A stretch of DNA of 64,000 nt, taken from contig JAGOSO010000001.1 of the NCBI GenBank assembly GCA_018062285.1, positions 32,773 to 96,772 on the forward strand, in the 5' to 3' direction. The DNA comes from Minisyncoccota bacterium. GTDB lineage: Bacteria > Patescibacteriota > Minisyncoccia > 2-02-FULL-40-12 > GWA2-44-9. Below the pieces are notes generated by a model. It was not told the DNA's origin. It made no database searches and saw nothing but the letters and a program-made list of their open reading frames with translations. Position numbers and translations under genes: made by a program. Below are positions 16,395 to 26,631 of the stretch, one piece after another (the stretch's first letter is position 1; each line of letters opens with the position of its first letter).

Positions 16395-18626
16395 CTAAAC
16401 CTCGTCTTGTTCAGCCTCCGGAGTGTCGGCACTTATCGCAGTAGCACTTGGAACGGCCATTGAAGCAGAGGCGATGCCGGCATGAGCCATATCATCATCG
16501 TTATTGTTCTTTACGTAAACCTCACGAGGCTTGGCACCGTCCCCAGGCCCGATAATACCCTTGTCTTCAAGAATATCGAGTAAGCGGGCAGCTCGGGCAT
16601 AACCTACACGTAGGCGGCGTTGTAGCAACGATGCGGAGGCTTTACCGGCTTCCATGACCACAGCTTTGGCTTCTGGGTACATATCATCTTCGGTGTCGTT
16701 ATCCCCCTCGGCATATCCAGCAGCAACAGGAGCATTGAAATCAACCTGGAGTGACTGTTCGTTGCTGATTTCCAATTGATCGCCTTGATCTTTAATAAAT
16801 TTAACAACATCATGGACTTCTTGTTCGGTAACCAGCGCTCCCTGAACACGACGTGGTTGAGCGCTATCAGAAGACAAGAAGAGCATATCGCCCTTACCTA
16901 ACAACTTTTCAGCGCCTGGCATATCCAAAATTGTACGAGAGTCGATCTGACTTGGTACAGCCAAAGCAATACGAGTAGCAACATTGGCCTTAATCAAACC
17001 AGTAATAACTTCAACGGATGGGCGCTGAGTAGAAAGAATCAAGTGAATACCAACAGCGCGAGACATTTGAGCCAAGCGAACGATTGAAGCTTCAACGTCA
17101 CGACCATAAGTGGCCATCAAATCAGCCAACTCGTCGATAACAATAACGATCGCAGGCATGATTGGCTCACCTTTGTCAGTCATCTTGGCGTTGAAGGAGA
17201 ACATGTCTTTGGAACCAACCTTGGCCAACTGTTCGTAGCGTCGATCCATCTCGCCTATCGCCCATTTCAAAGCACCAATAACTTTTTTGTTGTCAGTGAT
17301 AACTGGGGTAATCAAATGCGGGATATCATTGTACAAAGTTAACTCAACGCGCTTAGGGTCGACGAGAATTAACTTCAAAGCATTTGGGGAATGCTTGTAC
17401 AGCAAGGAAAGAATGATTGCGTTGATGGCAACAGATTTACCGGTGCCAGTCGCGCCGGCAACTAGCAAGTGGGGCATCTTTTCTAAACCAGCAAAAATTG
17501 GCGTGCCGGAAACGTCGCGACCCAAAGCAAGCGGCAAGAAGTATTTAGACTTCTTGAACTCTTCGCTATCAAACATGTTATGCAAACCAACGATAGCAAC
17601 TTTCTTGTTTGGAACTTCGATACCAACCAAAGACTTACCAGGAATTGGCGCTTCGATACGGATAGGATGAGCAGCAAGAGCCAAAGATAAGTCAGGGTTC
17701 AAGGCACCAATACGTGACAACTTAACACCTACAGCGGGACGCAAAGTAAACTGTGTAACGGTCGGCCCGATTGCAACTTCGCCCATCTCCACATCGATAC
17801 CGAAGTTAGACAAAGTGCGCTTGATAATCGTGGCGCTAGCATTAATGTCACCAGTGACAGCTTCTTCTTGGTCCTCGTTTAACAAATCAAATGGAGGTAA
17901 GGCCCACTTGCCGAGCTTAAGATTCTTGATAACAAATTCCTTATCACTCATTGGCTCTGCTTTAGCTGGCTTTGCACTAATAGCCGTAACAGATGGTTTG
18001 AATTCTGGTTTTTTCTGGTCAACAATTTCGTTGCCTTTCTTCACAACAACATCAGTTGATTCAACAACTTCTTCTTTCTTGGCAAACAAATCACTTATCG
18101 AAATATTTAAAGATATTAAAACGGCAATCATACTCAAGGCAATCAAAACAATTGTTGAGGCAGTGAAACCAACTGAGGCTAACAATGGGTAGCCAAGAAT
18201 GACACCAAGATAACCGCCCTGGACTACCCGAGCGTGGGTATCGCCTCCACCAAAAATATAAAATAGGCCCAGGAAAGTAAGAATAAATAAAACTGTCCCA
18301 AAAACCGCACTAGTATAAACCTTACGCGAAAGAGACTTCACAAAAGATACTCCCAAAAATATAAAGGCTACTGGAATAATAAAAAAACCCCAGCCAAAAA
18401 GGGAACGTGAAGTAATATTAAATAATTCTCCTGCCTTACCTGCCTTACCCACAAAACTTAATAAGCTCAAAAGGGCCAAGCTAAAACTGGCAATGCCCCA
18501 AATACTGTTTCTGGTTTCTTGTCCCAAATCAAAAGTCGATACCTTTTCTTCCTTTGGTGGTCGGCCTCGTCTCTTGGGCTTATCATCTTCTTCCTCGATT
18601 TCCTTATTCTTCGGTGGTCGTCCCAT
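16395..18626 (-). CDS. ftsK: DNA translocase FtsK/SpoIIIE
   Basis: 743 aa. N-terminal TM helices, Walker A GATGTGKSV, then DELADLM..., and a C-terminal gamma-like winged-helix domain. Confidence 0.9.
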   Translation of the reverse strand: MGRPPKNKEIEEEDDKPKRRGRPPKEEKVSTFDLGQETRNSIWGIASFSLALLSLLSFVGKAGKAGELFNITSRSLFGWGFFIIPVAFIFLGVSFVKSLSRKVYTSAVFGTVLFILTFLGLFYIFGGGDTHARVVQGGYLGVILGYPLLASVGFTASTIVLIALSMIAVLISLNISISDLFAKKEEVVESTDVVVKKGNEIVDQKKPEFKPSVTAISAKPAKAEPMSDKEFVIKNLKLGKWALPPFDLLNEDQEEAVTGDINASATIIKRTLSNFGIDVEMGEVAIGPTVTQFTLRPAVGVKLSRIGALNPDLSLALAAHPIRIEAPIPGKSLVGIEVPNKKVAIVGLHNMFDSEEFKKSKYFLPLALGRDVSGTPIFAGLEKMPHLLVAGATGTGKSVAINAIILSLLYKHSPNALKLILVDPKRVELTLYNDIPHLITPVITDNKKVIGALKWAIGEMDRRYEQLAKVGSKDMFSFNAKMTDKGEPIMPAIVIVIDELADLMATYGRDVEASIVRLAQMSRAVGIHLILSTQRPSVEVITGLIKANVATRIALAVPSQIDSRTILDMPGAEKLLGKGDMLFLSSDSAQPRRVQGALVTEQEVHDVVKFIKDQGDQLEISNEQSLQVDFNAPVAAGYAEGDNDTEDDMYPEAKAVVMEAGKASASLLQRRLRVGYARAARLLDILEDKGIIGPGDGAKPREVYVKNNNDDDMAHAGIASASMAVPSATAISADTPEAEQDEV

Positions 18627-18689
18627 ATCCCTATATTATCTCTAATCTGCCGATAAAAACAAGTTGATTATTCACTTTATAAAAAATTA

Positions 18690-18995
18690 AAAACGGCGCT
18701 CTCTCGTAAGAGAACGCCGGTCTCGGAAGTGGCAATACTGTTCGTGGGAGTTTGTTTGCGGCCATCCCTTTCAGGATCTCCCGGGCGCGGTCACCCATGG
18801 CCTACTCTTTGCGTCGAGACTTCCGGCTCAACGACTTGGTTCACCTACGCATGATCTTCGACCTCCACGGTCAGCCCCTCGGGGCGGTTGTGTGGACCCG
18901 GGCGGACTTTATTTCGTATCCACCCTCTGTTGAATTTTAGGCCTTACGCGGGACCTGCCCGCTTGGTTGTGCCATATTCAGTTTAGTCGCCGAAC
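18690..18995 (-). ncRNA. candidate GC-rich (~60% GC) structured non-coding RNA / long 3-prime UTR ending in a terminator
   Basis: No credible ORF in any frame (only Arg-rich wrong-frame ORFs). Multiple strong stems, for example GGCCATCCC...GGGATGGCC and CGUUGAGCC-GGAA-GUCUCGACG. Ends with GGCGTTCTCTTACGAGAGAGCGCC plus T-run at 18690-18730. GC content is far above the local core-gene background. Confidence 0.3.
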
Positions 18996-18997
18996 TT

Positions 18998-19234
18998 CTA
19001 GTTGCGCTGACGCGAGTTGACCGGCATCGCCATCGCGGCGATTCCGTGCCAACGCTTCAGCGTCGCCGGCTTCTTGGTCTGCGAGCTCTTGAGCACCGCG
19101 GCAGCGCGCTCGGCGATTTCCTTCTTCGTGGCACCCCAGGTGCCATCGGCGGAAACGGTGACGCCAATCGCCTTGACGACGGCGGTCACCTGTGACTTGT
19201 CCTTGGCCTTCAACGCATCGAACATGCTGGTCAT
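18998..19234 (-). CDS. small Lys/Ala-rich basic protein (78 aa), possibly nucleic-acid-binding
   Basis: AGGAGA RBS 6 nt upstream. Perfect consensus promoter TTGACA-N17-TATAAT (-35 19343-19348, -10 19320-19325), followed by a roughly 95-nt structured leader. Sequence MFDALKAKDKSQVTAVVKAIGVTV...KKEIAERAAAVLKSSQTKKPA. Confidence 0.45.
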   Translation of the reverse strand: MTSMFDALKAKDKSQVTAVVKAIGVTVSADGTWGATKKEIAERAAAVLKSSQTKKPATLKRWHGIAAMAMPVNSRQRN

Positions 19235-19380
19235 GACTGTCTCCTGGTTGTAAACGGCCCACTGCGGGCCTAACTTCTTGGGCCATCCGCCTTAATGCGG
19301 ATCTCAGCCTCATGTATGTATTATACTCCCATTTTAGGTATTTGTCAATAGCCCTTAAAATAAGTCTTATTTTAATCAAA

Positions 19381-19408
19381 AACCACCCCGAGGGGTGGTT
19401 TTTGATTG
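19381..19408 (-). terminator. rpoC terminator (AAAAACCACCCC-tcg-GGGGTGGTTTTT), bidirectional
   Basis: Perfect stem flanked by A and T runs. Confidence 0.65.
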
Positions 19409-19418
19409 TTTGAGAGAA

Positions 19419-22400
19419 CTACTCCATCGACTGGAAGCCTGTTCCGGCTGGGATCAAGCGACCGATGATGACGTTTTCCTTCAAACCACGGAGATGATCT
19501 TCTTTGCCCATGAGTGCACTTTCGATAAGGACCGGAGCGGTCATCTGGAAAGATGCAGCGGACAAGAAACTGTCAGTTGAGAGAGATACCTTGGAGATAC
19601 CCATTAACAACTGTTCGTAAGTAGCTTCCTGTTTCTTGTTAGCTTTAGCCTTTTCATTTTCAGTAAAGACTTTGCGCTTTTCAACAACAGATTCAGCCAA
19701 AAGTTCAGTCTCACCTGGATCAAGAACTTTCACACGAGAGAACATCTGTTTAGTGATGAGCTCGACGTGCTTGTCGTTGACACTGTCTCCAGTTGGAGAG
19801 TAGATGCCGTGGACTTCACGAACGATGTAGCGGGTAACCAAGTCGATATCGTTAGTGGTTTCGAACAATTCACGAAGGTCAACGTTACCTTCACTCAATT
19901 GCTGACCAATACCGACCAAGTCACCGACACCAACCATTACTGGAATATTTGGAGTTAAGACGTACTCTCTCTTCTCGCCGGTCATTGCAACTTCGATAAC
20001 CATGACACGAGTCTTGGCACGTTCTTCGATGGCGATGACTTTGCCATCAACATCAGAGATAACGGCTTTGAATGAAGGAGAACGAGCTTCAAAAATTTCA
20101 ACGATACGTGGGAGACCCATAGTGATGTCTGCGCCGCCAGCACCTGCAACACCTCCGGTATGGAAGGTTCTCATGGTCAACTGGGTACCAGGTTCACCGA
20201 TAGCCTGAGCAGTAACGATACCGACAGCTTCACCCATGTTAACTAATTCGTTCTTGGATAAGTCGTAACCGTAACACAAACGGCAGATACCATTGATGGA
20301 CTTACATTTAACAACGGATCGGATGCGAATAGTTGGAAGCTTAAGTTCGTCGATCTTCTTTGAAGTGTCTTTGTCGACGATTTTGCCTTTCTTGGCCACA
20401 ACAGTGCCGTCAGCGGCAACAATATCATCCATGATGACACGACCCTTGATGCGTCGAGCCAAAGATTCACCACTAAACTTAGAGTCTTCAGCGTAGAGAG
20501 TAAGACCTTCTTTGTCTTTGCAGTCTTCTTCGAGAATAACAACATCCTGAGCAACATCAACCAAACGGCGGGTAAGATAGCCGGCTTCGGCAGTCTTCAA
20601 GGCAGTATCTACGAGACCCTTACGAGCACCGTGAGTAGAGATGAAGTATTCCAAAGGTTGCATACCTTCCTTGAGTGAGTTCTTAACTGGCAATTCCATC
20701 AATTCACCAGAAGGGTTAACCACGATACCGCGCATACCCATGAGCTGGTCGAGAACTGACCAAGAACCACGAGAGTTAGAATCAACCAACATGAAAGCTG
20801 AGTCACTTGGCTTAAGCTGTTTCTTCACGAGAACAGACAATTGAGCCTTAGCATCAGTCCAAATTTCGATAGCTTTGGTTTTGCGTTCGTGTTCGGTTAA
20901 CAAACCACTGTCATATGAAGCACGATTATCTTCAATAAGCTTGTCAGCGGCAGCGATGATACCTGGCTTCTCTGATGGTAAGTGCAAGTCAGCGAGAGTC
21001 CATGAGACACCAGACTGAGTAGCATAGGAGAAACCAAGCTGAGTAATATTGTTTAAGAATTTAACAGTAACAGCTTCACCACGTTCATCCCAGATATCCA
21101 ACTCGATACGCTTAAGTTCGCCTTTGGTCATCTTGGCATTAACGAATGGGTGACCTTCTGGTAAAGCTTTGTTGAAGATAATTCTACCAATACTGGTTTC
21201 AAATAATTCCAACTTGTCTTTGACGGCTGGGTTTGGAACTTTGATCTTGGCTTGAATGTTAACGATGTCATTTTCGTAGGCCAACAAAGCATCTTCAACT
21301 GAGTAGAAGACTTTGCCTTCACCCTTAGCGCCTTCAGCGATAACAGTTAGGTAGTAGCAGCCCAAAACGATATCGTTCTTAGCAGCAGCAACAGGTTCGC
21401 CGGTAGCTGGTTTCAAAATAGCATGACTGGCCAACATCAAGTCGCGAGCTTCACGTTGAGCTTCTTCGGTCAAAGGCAAGTGAACAGCCATCTGGTCACC
21501 GTCGAAGTCGGCGTTGAAAGCGATAGTTGGAAGGGCTGGGATTTTAACGGCCTTACCTTCAATCAAACTTGGCTTGAAAGCCTGAACAGACAAACGGTGC
21601 AATGTAGGAGCGCGGTTGAGCAAGACTAATTTATTAGTCATAGCTTCTTCCAAAGCGGCCCAGACATCAGGAGTTTCCTGTTCGATTAAACGACTGGCGG
21701 ATTTAATGTTGTGAGCTAATTCCTTGCGGATCAAAATACCAATAACGAAAGGCTTGAATAATTCCAAGGCCATACGCTTTGGCAAACCGCACTGATCGAT
21801 TTCCATTTCTGGACCAACAACGATTACGGAACGAGCTGAGTAGTCAACGCGCTTACCGAGCAAGTTTTGTCGGAAACGACCTTGCTTACCCTTGAGCATG
21901 TCAGCCAAAGATTTCAAAGCTCTCTTTTGACCAGTTGAAGCAGCGGTGGCAGACTGACTGCGCTTCATTGAGTTATCAATGAGTGAGTCAACAGCTTCCT
22001 GTAACATGCGCTTTTCGTTCTTAGTGATAACCTCAGGAGCTTTTAATTCCAAAAGGTGTTTCAAACGGTTGTTGCGGTTGATAACACGGCGATATAAATC
22101 GTTTAAGTCGGAAGTAGCAAAGCGTCCTCCATCTAACGGAACCATTGGGCGCAAAGCTGGTGGGATAACTGGCAAGATACTGATGATCATCCATTCTGGA
22201 CGAATACCAGCATTCTTCATCCCACGGATGAATCGCAAGCGGCGAGACATCTTACGGAATTCAAGAGGATTCTTTTCGTTCTTAATCTCCCCTTCTAAGT
22301 TAGGGATTAAAGTATCAAAATTTAATTCTTCTAAGAGTTTCTTGATTGCATCAGCACCGATTCCAGCTTCGAAGACTTCACCGTACTTCAAAGACAAGTC

Positions 22401-22979
22401 GCGGAAATCTAATTCGGAAACAACTTGGTACTTAAGCAAATTGCGGAGACTATTCTTTTCGCGTTCTTTTAATTCTTTGAGAGCTTCTTCCTCTTCGGCA
22501 TTCTTAACATTCTTAACTTTAGATTTGAATTCGTTCTCAATACGGCGCATAGCTTCCGCTTTGAGCTCTTCGTTAACTTTCATAACGATGTAGCTAGCGA
22601 AATAGACAACCTTTTCGAGTTCAGGCAAAGAAACGCCCAAGATGGCAGCAACCTTTGAAGGAACGCCACGGAGGAACCAAATATGAGCTACCGGAGCAGC
22701 CAACTTGATGTGACCCATGCGTTCACGACGAACGATAGCGCGAGTAACTTCGACACCGCAGCGATCGCAGATGATTCCCTTATAGCGGATTCTCTTGTAC
22801 TTACCGCAGTAACATTCCCAGTCTTTAGTAGGACCGAAGATGGCTTCCGAAAACAAACCTTCACGTTCAGGTTTCTGAGTTCGGTAGTTAATAGTTTCTG
22901 GCTTGGTGACTTCACCGTACGACCATGACAAAATATCCTCTGGTGACGCGACTTTGAGTTTTATTGATGCGAGATCCAT
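19419..22979 (-). CDS. rpoC: DNA-directed RNA polymerase subunit beta-prime
   Basis: 1186 aa. N-terminal zinc-binding CYCGKYKRIRYKGIICDRCGVEV, and the catalytic NADFDGD motif. Confidence 0.97.
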   Translation of the reverse strand: MDLASIKLKVASPEDILSWSYGEVTKPETINYRTQKPEREGLFSEAIFGPTKDWECYCGKYKRIRYKGIICDRCGVEVTRAIVRRERMGHIKLAAPVAHIWFLRGVPSKVAAILGVSLPELEKVVYFASYIVMKVNEELKAEAMRRIENEFKSKVKNVKNAEEEEALKELKEREKNSLRNLLKYQVVSELDFRDLSLKYGEVFEAGIGADAIKKLLEELNFDTLIPNLEGEIKNEKNPLEFRKMSRRLRFIRGMKNAGIRPEWMIISILPVIPPALRPMVPLDGGRFATSDLNDLYRRVINRNNRLKHLLELKAPEVITKNEKRMLQEAVDSLIDNSMKRSQSATAASTGQKRALKSLADMLKGKQGRFRQNLLGKRVDYSARSVIVVGPEMEIDQCGLPKRMALELFKPFVIGILIRKELAHNIKSASRLIEQETPDVWAALEEAMTNKLVLLNRAPTLHRLSVQAFKPSLIEGKAVKIPALPTIAFNADFDGDQMAVHLPLTEEAQREARDLMLASHAILKPATGEPVAAAKNDIVLGCYYLTVIAEGAKGEGKVFYSVEDALLAYENDIVNIQAKIKVPNPAVKDKLELFETSIGRIIFNKALPEGHPFVNAKMTKGELKRIELDIWDERGEAVTVKFLNNITQLGFSYATQSGVSWTLADLHLPSEKPGIIAAADKLIEDNRASYDSGLLTEHERKTKAIEIWTDAKAQLSVLVKKQLKPSDSAFMLVDSNSRGSWSVLDQLMGMRGIVVNPSGELMELPVKNSLKEGMQPLEYFISTHGARKGLVDTALKTAEAGYLTRRLVDVAQDVVILEEDCKDKEGLTLYAEDSKFSGESLARRIKGRVIMDDIVAADGTVVAKKGKIVDKDTSKKIDELKLPTIRIRSVVKCKSINGICRLCYGYDLSKNELVNMGEAVGIVTAQAIGEPGTQLTMRTFHTGGVAGAGGADITMGLPRIVEIFEARSPSFKAVISDVDGKVIAIEERAKTRVMVIEVAMTGEKREYVLTPNIPVMVGVGDLVGIGQQLSEGNVDLRELFETTNDIDLVTRYIVREVHGIYSPTGDSVNDKHVELITKQMFSRVKVLDPGETELLAESVVEKRKVFTENEKAKANKKQEATYEQLLMGISKVSLSTDSFLSAASFQMTAPVLIESALMGKEDHLRGLKENVIIGRLIPAGTGFQSME

Positions 22980-22988
22980 AGATTTATT

Positions 22989-25900
22989 TTATTTTTCCAT
23001 TAACTCGACATTCAATGCCAAGCCTTTAATTTCGGATAACAATACTTTAAATGATTCTGGTAAGTGTGGTGCTTTGATCTCTTCGCCATTAACAATCGAT
23101 TCGTAAGTCTTAGCACGGCCCAAAACATCGTCTGACTTGATGGTCAACATTTCCTGCAATGTATGTGCAGCACCATAACCTTCAAGAGCCCATACTTCCA
23201 TTTCTCCAAAACGCTGACCTCCGAATTGAGCTTTACCGCCCAATGGCTGTTGAGTGATTAATGAGTACGGCCCGATAGAACGCATGTGGAGCTTGTCTTC
23301 CACCATGTGAATCAGTTTCAAGAAGTAAGTAACACCAACATGAACAGGCTTGGAGTATGGTAAACCAGTCTTACCGTCATAGAGTTGCTGGCGACCATCA
23401 ACGGGGAAACCGGCTTTCTTTAATTCTTCTATAATAACTTCGTTACTTGGACCAGCCATTGAAGGGGTCGAAGCTTTGTAGCCCAACTTCTTAGCAGCTA
23501 AGCCAAGGTGAGATTCCATGATTTGACCAATGTTCATACGAGAAATAACACCGAGGGGAGAGAGAACGATATCGACTGGTGTACCATCGGCCAAGAAAGG
23601 CATGTCCTCCTGAGGCAAGATAACAGAGATAACACCCTTGTTACCGTGACGACCGGCAAGCTTGTCACCGACCTGAATCTTACGGAGCTGAGCAACAGAA
23701 ACTTCGATGCGCTTAATAACACCAACATCGAGCTTGTCACCTTCTTCGCGGGTGAACGTCTTAATATCGACGACACGACCCTGGCGGCCATATTCGAGGC
23801 GCATAGAAGAATCCTTAACGTCGCGAGACTTGTCACCGAAGATAGCACGGAGCAATCTTTCTTCAGCGGTTAAGTCAGATTCACCTTTTGGAGAAATCTT
23901 ACCGACGAGAATGTCTTGAGAGTGAACTTCAGCACCAACACGGACAACGCCGTCTGGGTCTAAGTCGTTCAAACGCTCCATGGCTACGTTTGGAATATCG
24001 TAAGTTGTGAGTTCTGGCCCGAGCTTAGTATCGCGAACGTCCATTGCGTAATCTTCAACGTGAATAGATGAAAGGACGTCTTCTTTGACTAAGCGGTCAG
24101 AAAGAATGATAGCGTCTTCGAAGTTAGCGCCTTTGAATGACATGTAAGCCACCAAAAGGTTTTTACCCAAAGCCAATTCCCCACCATCGGTTGATGGACC
24201 ATCAGCGAGGACATCGCCCTTCTTAACCTTCTGATCTTTCTGAACGATTGGGCGCTGGTTTAAAGCAGTAAATTTATTTGAACGTTGGAATTTGAGAAGC
24301 TTGAATTCGTATTCTTTTCCTTTTTCAGTTTCAAGAACAATCTTTCCAGAATCAACTTTAGTGATGGTGCCGGCTTCAGGAGCGATAACCAACATGCCTG
24401 AGTCACGAGCAACCTTGGCTTCCATACCAGTACCAACATAAGGAGCTTCTGGGGTAATCAAAGGAACGGCCTGCTTCTGCATGTTCGTTCCCATGAGCGC
24501 GCGGTTAGCATCATCGTTTTCCAAGAAAGGAATCAAGGTTGTAGCAACAGAGAACTGTTGTTTTGGAGAAACGTCGATGTAATCGATTTCTTCAGCGGTA
24601 GCAGTGTTGGCTTCACCTTTAATACGAACTGGGATTTTATCACCAACGAGCTTGCCAGATTTATCGACGACAGCACCGGCTTGAGCGATAACATAGCGCT
24701 CTTCTTCGGTGGCATCCATATAGATAACTTCTTCAGTGATCTTAGCGTCTTTAACTTTAATATAAGGAGTCAAAATGAATCCCAATGGAGAAATCTTGGA
24801 ATACATGGCCAAGTGGCCAACTAGACCAATGTTGGCACCTTCTGGGGTAGCAATAGGACAAATACGACCGTAGTGAGAAGGGTGAACGTCGCGAACTTCG
24901 AAACTGGCGCGTTCACGAGTTAAGCCACCCGGCCCGAGTGCGGTTAAACGACGTTTGTGCTCAAGTTCGGATAAAGGATTTTCTTGATCCATGAATTGAG
25001 ACAGCTGGCCAGAAGCAAAGAATTCTTTCAAAGCTGCGACGAATGGTCTGGCATTGATAAGCTGAGATGGCAAAACTGTAGCGACATCAGAAGTCGACAT
25101 ACGGTCTTTAATATTGCGCTCCATTCTAGAGAAAGCGACTCGCAAACGATCCTGGAGTAATTCACCCAATGTTTTAACACGGCGATTACCCAAGTGGTCG
25201 ATATTGTCTGGCTTGGATTGAGGATCGTTGTTTAAGCGGATGATTTCCTTGAGGATCAAGACGACGTCTTCAACACGAAGAACGCGATTCTTGGCATCGT
25301 CATAGTTAACATCCTGGTTGAAGCGTTGATTCAATCGGAAACGACCGACTTTAGACAAGTCATAACGAGATGAATTAGTGAACAAATTCATGATCATCTG
25401 CTTGGCATTGTCTGGGGTAGCAGGATCACCTGGGCGGACACGCTTGTAGAGCTCAATGAAACCTTCGTCTTCATTTGAAGATGGATCTTGGAGAATAGTG
25501 GCCAAGATATACTTCATATTTGGATCAGTATCAACGTCAGCAAAAGTCTTTTTAATATCTTCGTCCTTGGACAAACCTAAAGCACGCAACAAGGCAGTTG
25601 CGGCAACTTTTCTCTTTCTATCAATACGGACAGAGATAACACCGTTGTATTCAGTTTCGAATTCAAGCCAAGCACCACGGGCTGGGATTAATTTGGCACC
25701 AAAAAATCGCTGATGGCGACTAGATCGAGACATAGAGAACAAGGCACCAGGGCTACGGATCAATTGTGAGATAACAACACGTTCAACTCCATTAATAATG
25801 AAGGTGCCGCGCGGGGTCATCAATGGAAAATCAGCGATAAACAATTCTTGTTCGCGATATTGCCCAGTTCTCTTGTTTTGTAGACCAACTTTTACTTTAA

Positions 25901-26168
25901 GAGGAGCTTCATATGAAGTATTCTTCTCGATTGCAGTGCGTTCATTGTACTTTGGCTCTTCAAGTTTATAATCAGAAAAACTCAACTGTAATTCTTTGCC
26001 AGTCCAGTCTTCGATTGGAGAAACTTCTGAGAGGAGTTCCTTGAAACCAATATCCAAAAACCACTTATATGAATCTAACTGAACCTGTACTAAATTTGGT
26101 GCTTCAAACTGATCGACACCAAATTTTGAAAATAGTTTTCTGGACATACAATCAATGTTAACCGACAC
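22989..26168 (-). CDS. rpoB: DNA-directed RNA polymerase subunit beta
   Basis: 1059 aa, canonical beta-subunit conserved regions. Start may be M8 (MSRKLFSKFG...). Confidence 0.97.
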   Translation of the reverse strand: MSVNIDCMSRKLFSKFGVDQFEAPNLVQVQLDSYKWFLDIGFKELLSEVSPIEDWTGKELQLSFSDYKLEEPKYNERTAIEKNTSYEAPLKVKVGLQNKRTGQYREQELFIADFPLMTPRGTFIINGVERVVISQLIRSPGALFSMSRSSRHQRFFGAKLIPARGAWLEFETEYNGVISVRIDRKRKVAATALLRALGLSKDEDIKKTFADVDTDPNMKYILATILQDPSSNEDEGFIELYKRVRPGDPATPDNAKQMIMNLFTNSSRYDLSKVGRFRLNQRFNQDVNYDDAKNRVLRVEDVVLILKEIIRLNNDPQSKPDNIDHLGNRRVKTLGELLQDRLRVAFSRMERNIKDRMSTSDVATVLPSQLINARPFVAALKEFFASGQLSQFMDQENPLSELEHKRRLTALGPGGLTRERASFEVRDVHPSHYGRICPIATPEGANIGLVGHLAMYSKISPLGFILTPYIKVKDAKITEEVIYMDATEEERYVIAQAGAVVDKSGKLVGDKIPVRIKGEANTATAEEIDYIDVSPKQQFSVATTLIPFLENDDANRALMGTNMQKQAVPLITPEAPYVGTGMEAKVARDSGMLVIAPEAGTITKVDSGKIVLETEKGKEYEFKLLKFQRSNKFTALNQRPIVQKDQKVKKGDVLADGPSTDGGELALGKNLLVAYMSFKGANFEDAIILSDRLVKEDVLSSIHVEDYAMDVRDTKLGPELTTYDIPNVAMERLNDLDPDGVVRVGAEVHSQDILVGKISPKGESDLTAEERLLRAIFGDKSRDVKDSSMRLEYGRQGRVVDIKTFTREEGDKLDVGVIKRIEVSVAQLRKIQVGDKLAGRHGNKGVISVILPQEDMPFLADGTPVDIVLSPLGVISRMNIGQIMESHLGLAAKKLGYKASTPSMAGPSNEVIIEELKKAGFPVDGRQQLYDGKTGLPYSKPVHVGVTYFLKLIHMVEDKLHMRSIGPYSLITQQPLGGKAQFGGQRFGEMEVWALEGYGAAHTLQEMLTIKSDDVLGRAKTYESIVNGEEIKAPHLPESFKVLLSEIKGLALNVELMEK

Positions 26169-26365
26169 CCATGTGCCAGCCGGTTATTATCACCCAACGT
26201 CTAGCGCCTCCCAACAAACGATGCTAAAACCACACACAATTATATATGTTGTGCGTGGTTTTCTATTCGTTTATTATTTTTTGGGATGCGTCCAGGACAA
26301 TTTGGGCGAATTGTTAGCTATTGAGTACTCATTGGGAAACCTGTGAAGACTCAATAACCCGCAAT

Positions 26366-26626
26366 TTACTTAATTTTTAGGGCCTCTGCGACCGTTTTTG
26401 CTATAAGGAACGACATACTGGACTCATCCTCGAAACCCTCGAGAACCACCTCTAAAGATGACACTCTTGTTATTCTATTCCTTTTTAAAAGTTTGTCAAT
26501 AGAAGTTACCAACACCGTATCAAAATGAATGTCAATGGCAATAATCAACAAGTCCAATAACTGCCCATTCTCAATTATGCACAAGTCAATAGTCTCCCTA
26601 TTTTTTTTAATAATTTTAAGATTCAT
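26366..26626 (-). CDS. hypothetical protein (86 aa, low GC)
   Basis: ORF between the SEDS gene and the rpoB leader. No recognisable motif. Confidence 0.3.
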   Translation of the reverse strand: MNLKIIKKNRETIDLCIIENGQLLDLLIIAIDIHFDTVLVTSIDKLLKRNRITRVSSLEVVLEGFEDESSMSFLIAKTVAEALKIK

Positions 26627-26631
26627 CGTGA

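Noticed and set aside
18690-18995. GC-rich non-coding segment tested as tmRNA, RNase P RNA or SRP RNA.
   Set aside because: It has no GGGG...UUCGA tRNA-like ends or CCA-proximal T-loop. AAAGUCCGCCCGGG resembles the RNase P P4 region, but the complementary 3-prime strand (ACAGAANCCGGCUUA-like) is absent. It has a GGAA tetraloop hairpin but none of the SRP domain-IV symmetric-loop motifs. It is left as an unassigned candidate sRNA.
18978-19379. 133-aa ORF on the minus strand.
   Set aside because: It is Arg-rich and low-complexity, the typical wrong-frame product of a GC-rich region. It overlaps the better-supported 78-aa gene, which has a promoter and an RBS.
19767-25713. Numerous 60-200-aa ORFs on both strands inside rpoC and rpoB (for example 21979-22593, 23508-23873, 25456-25713).
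   Set aside because: They are antisense or out-of-frame to unambiguous RNA polymerase subunit genes.
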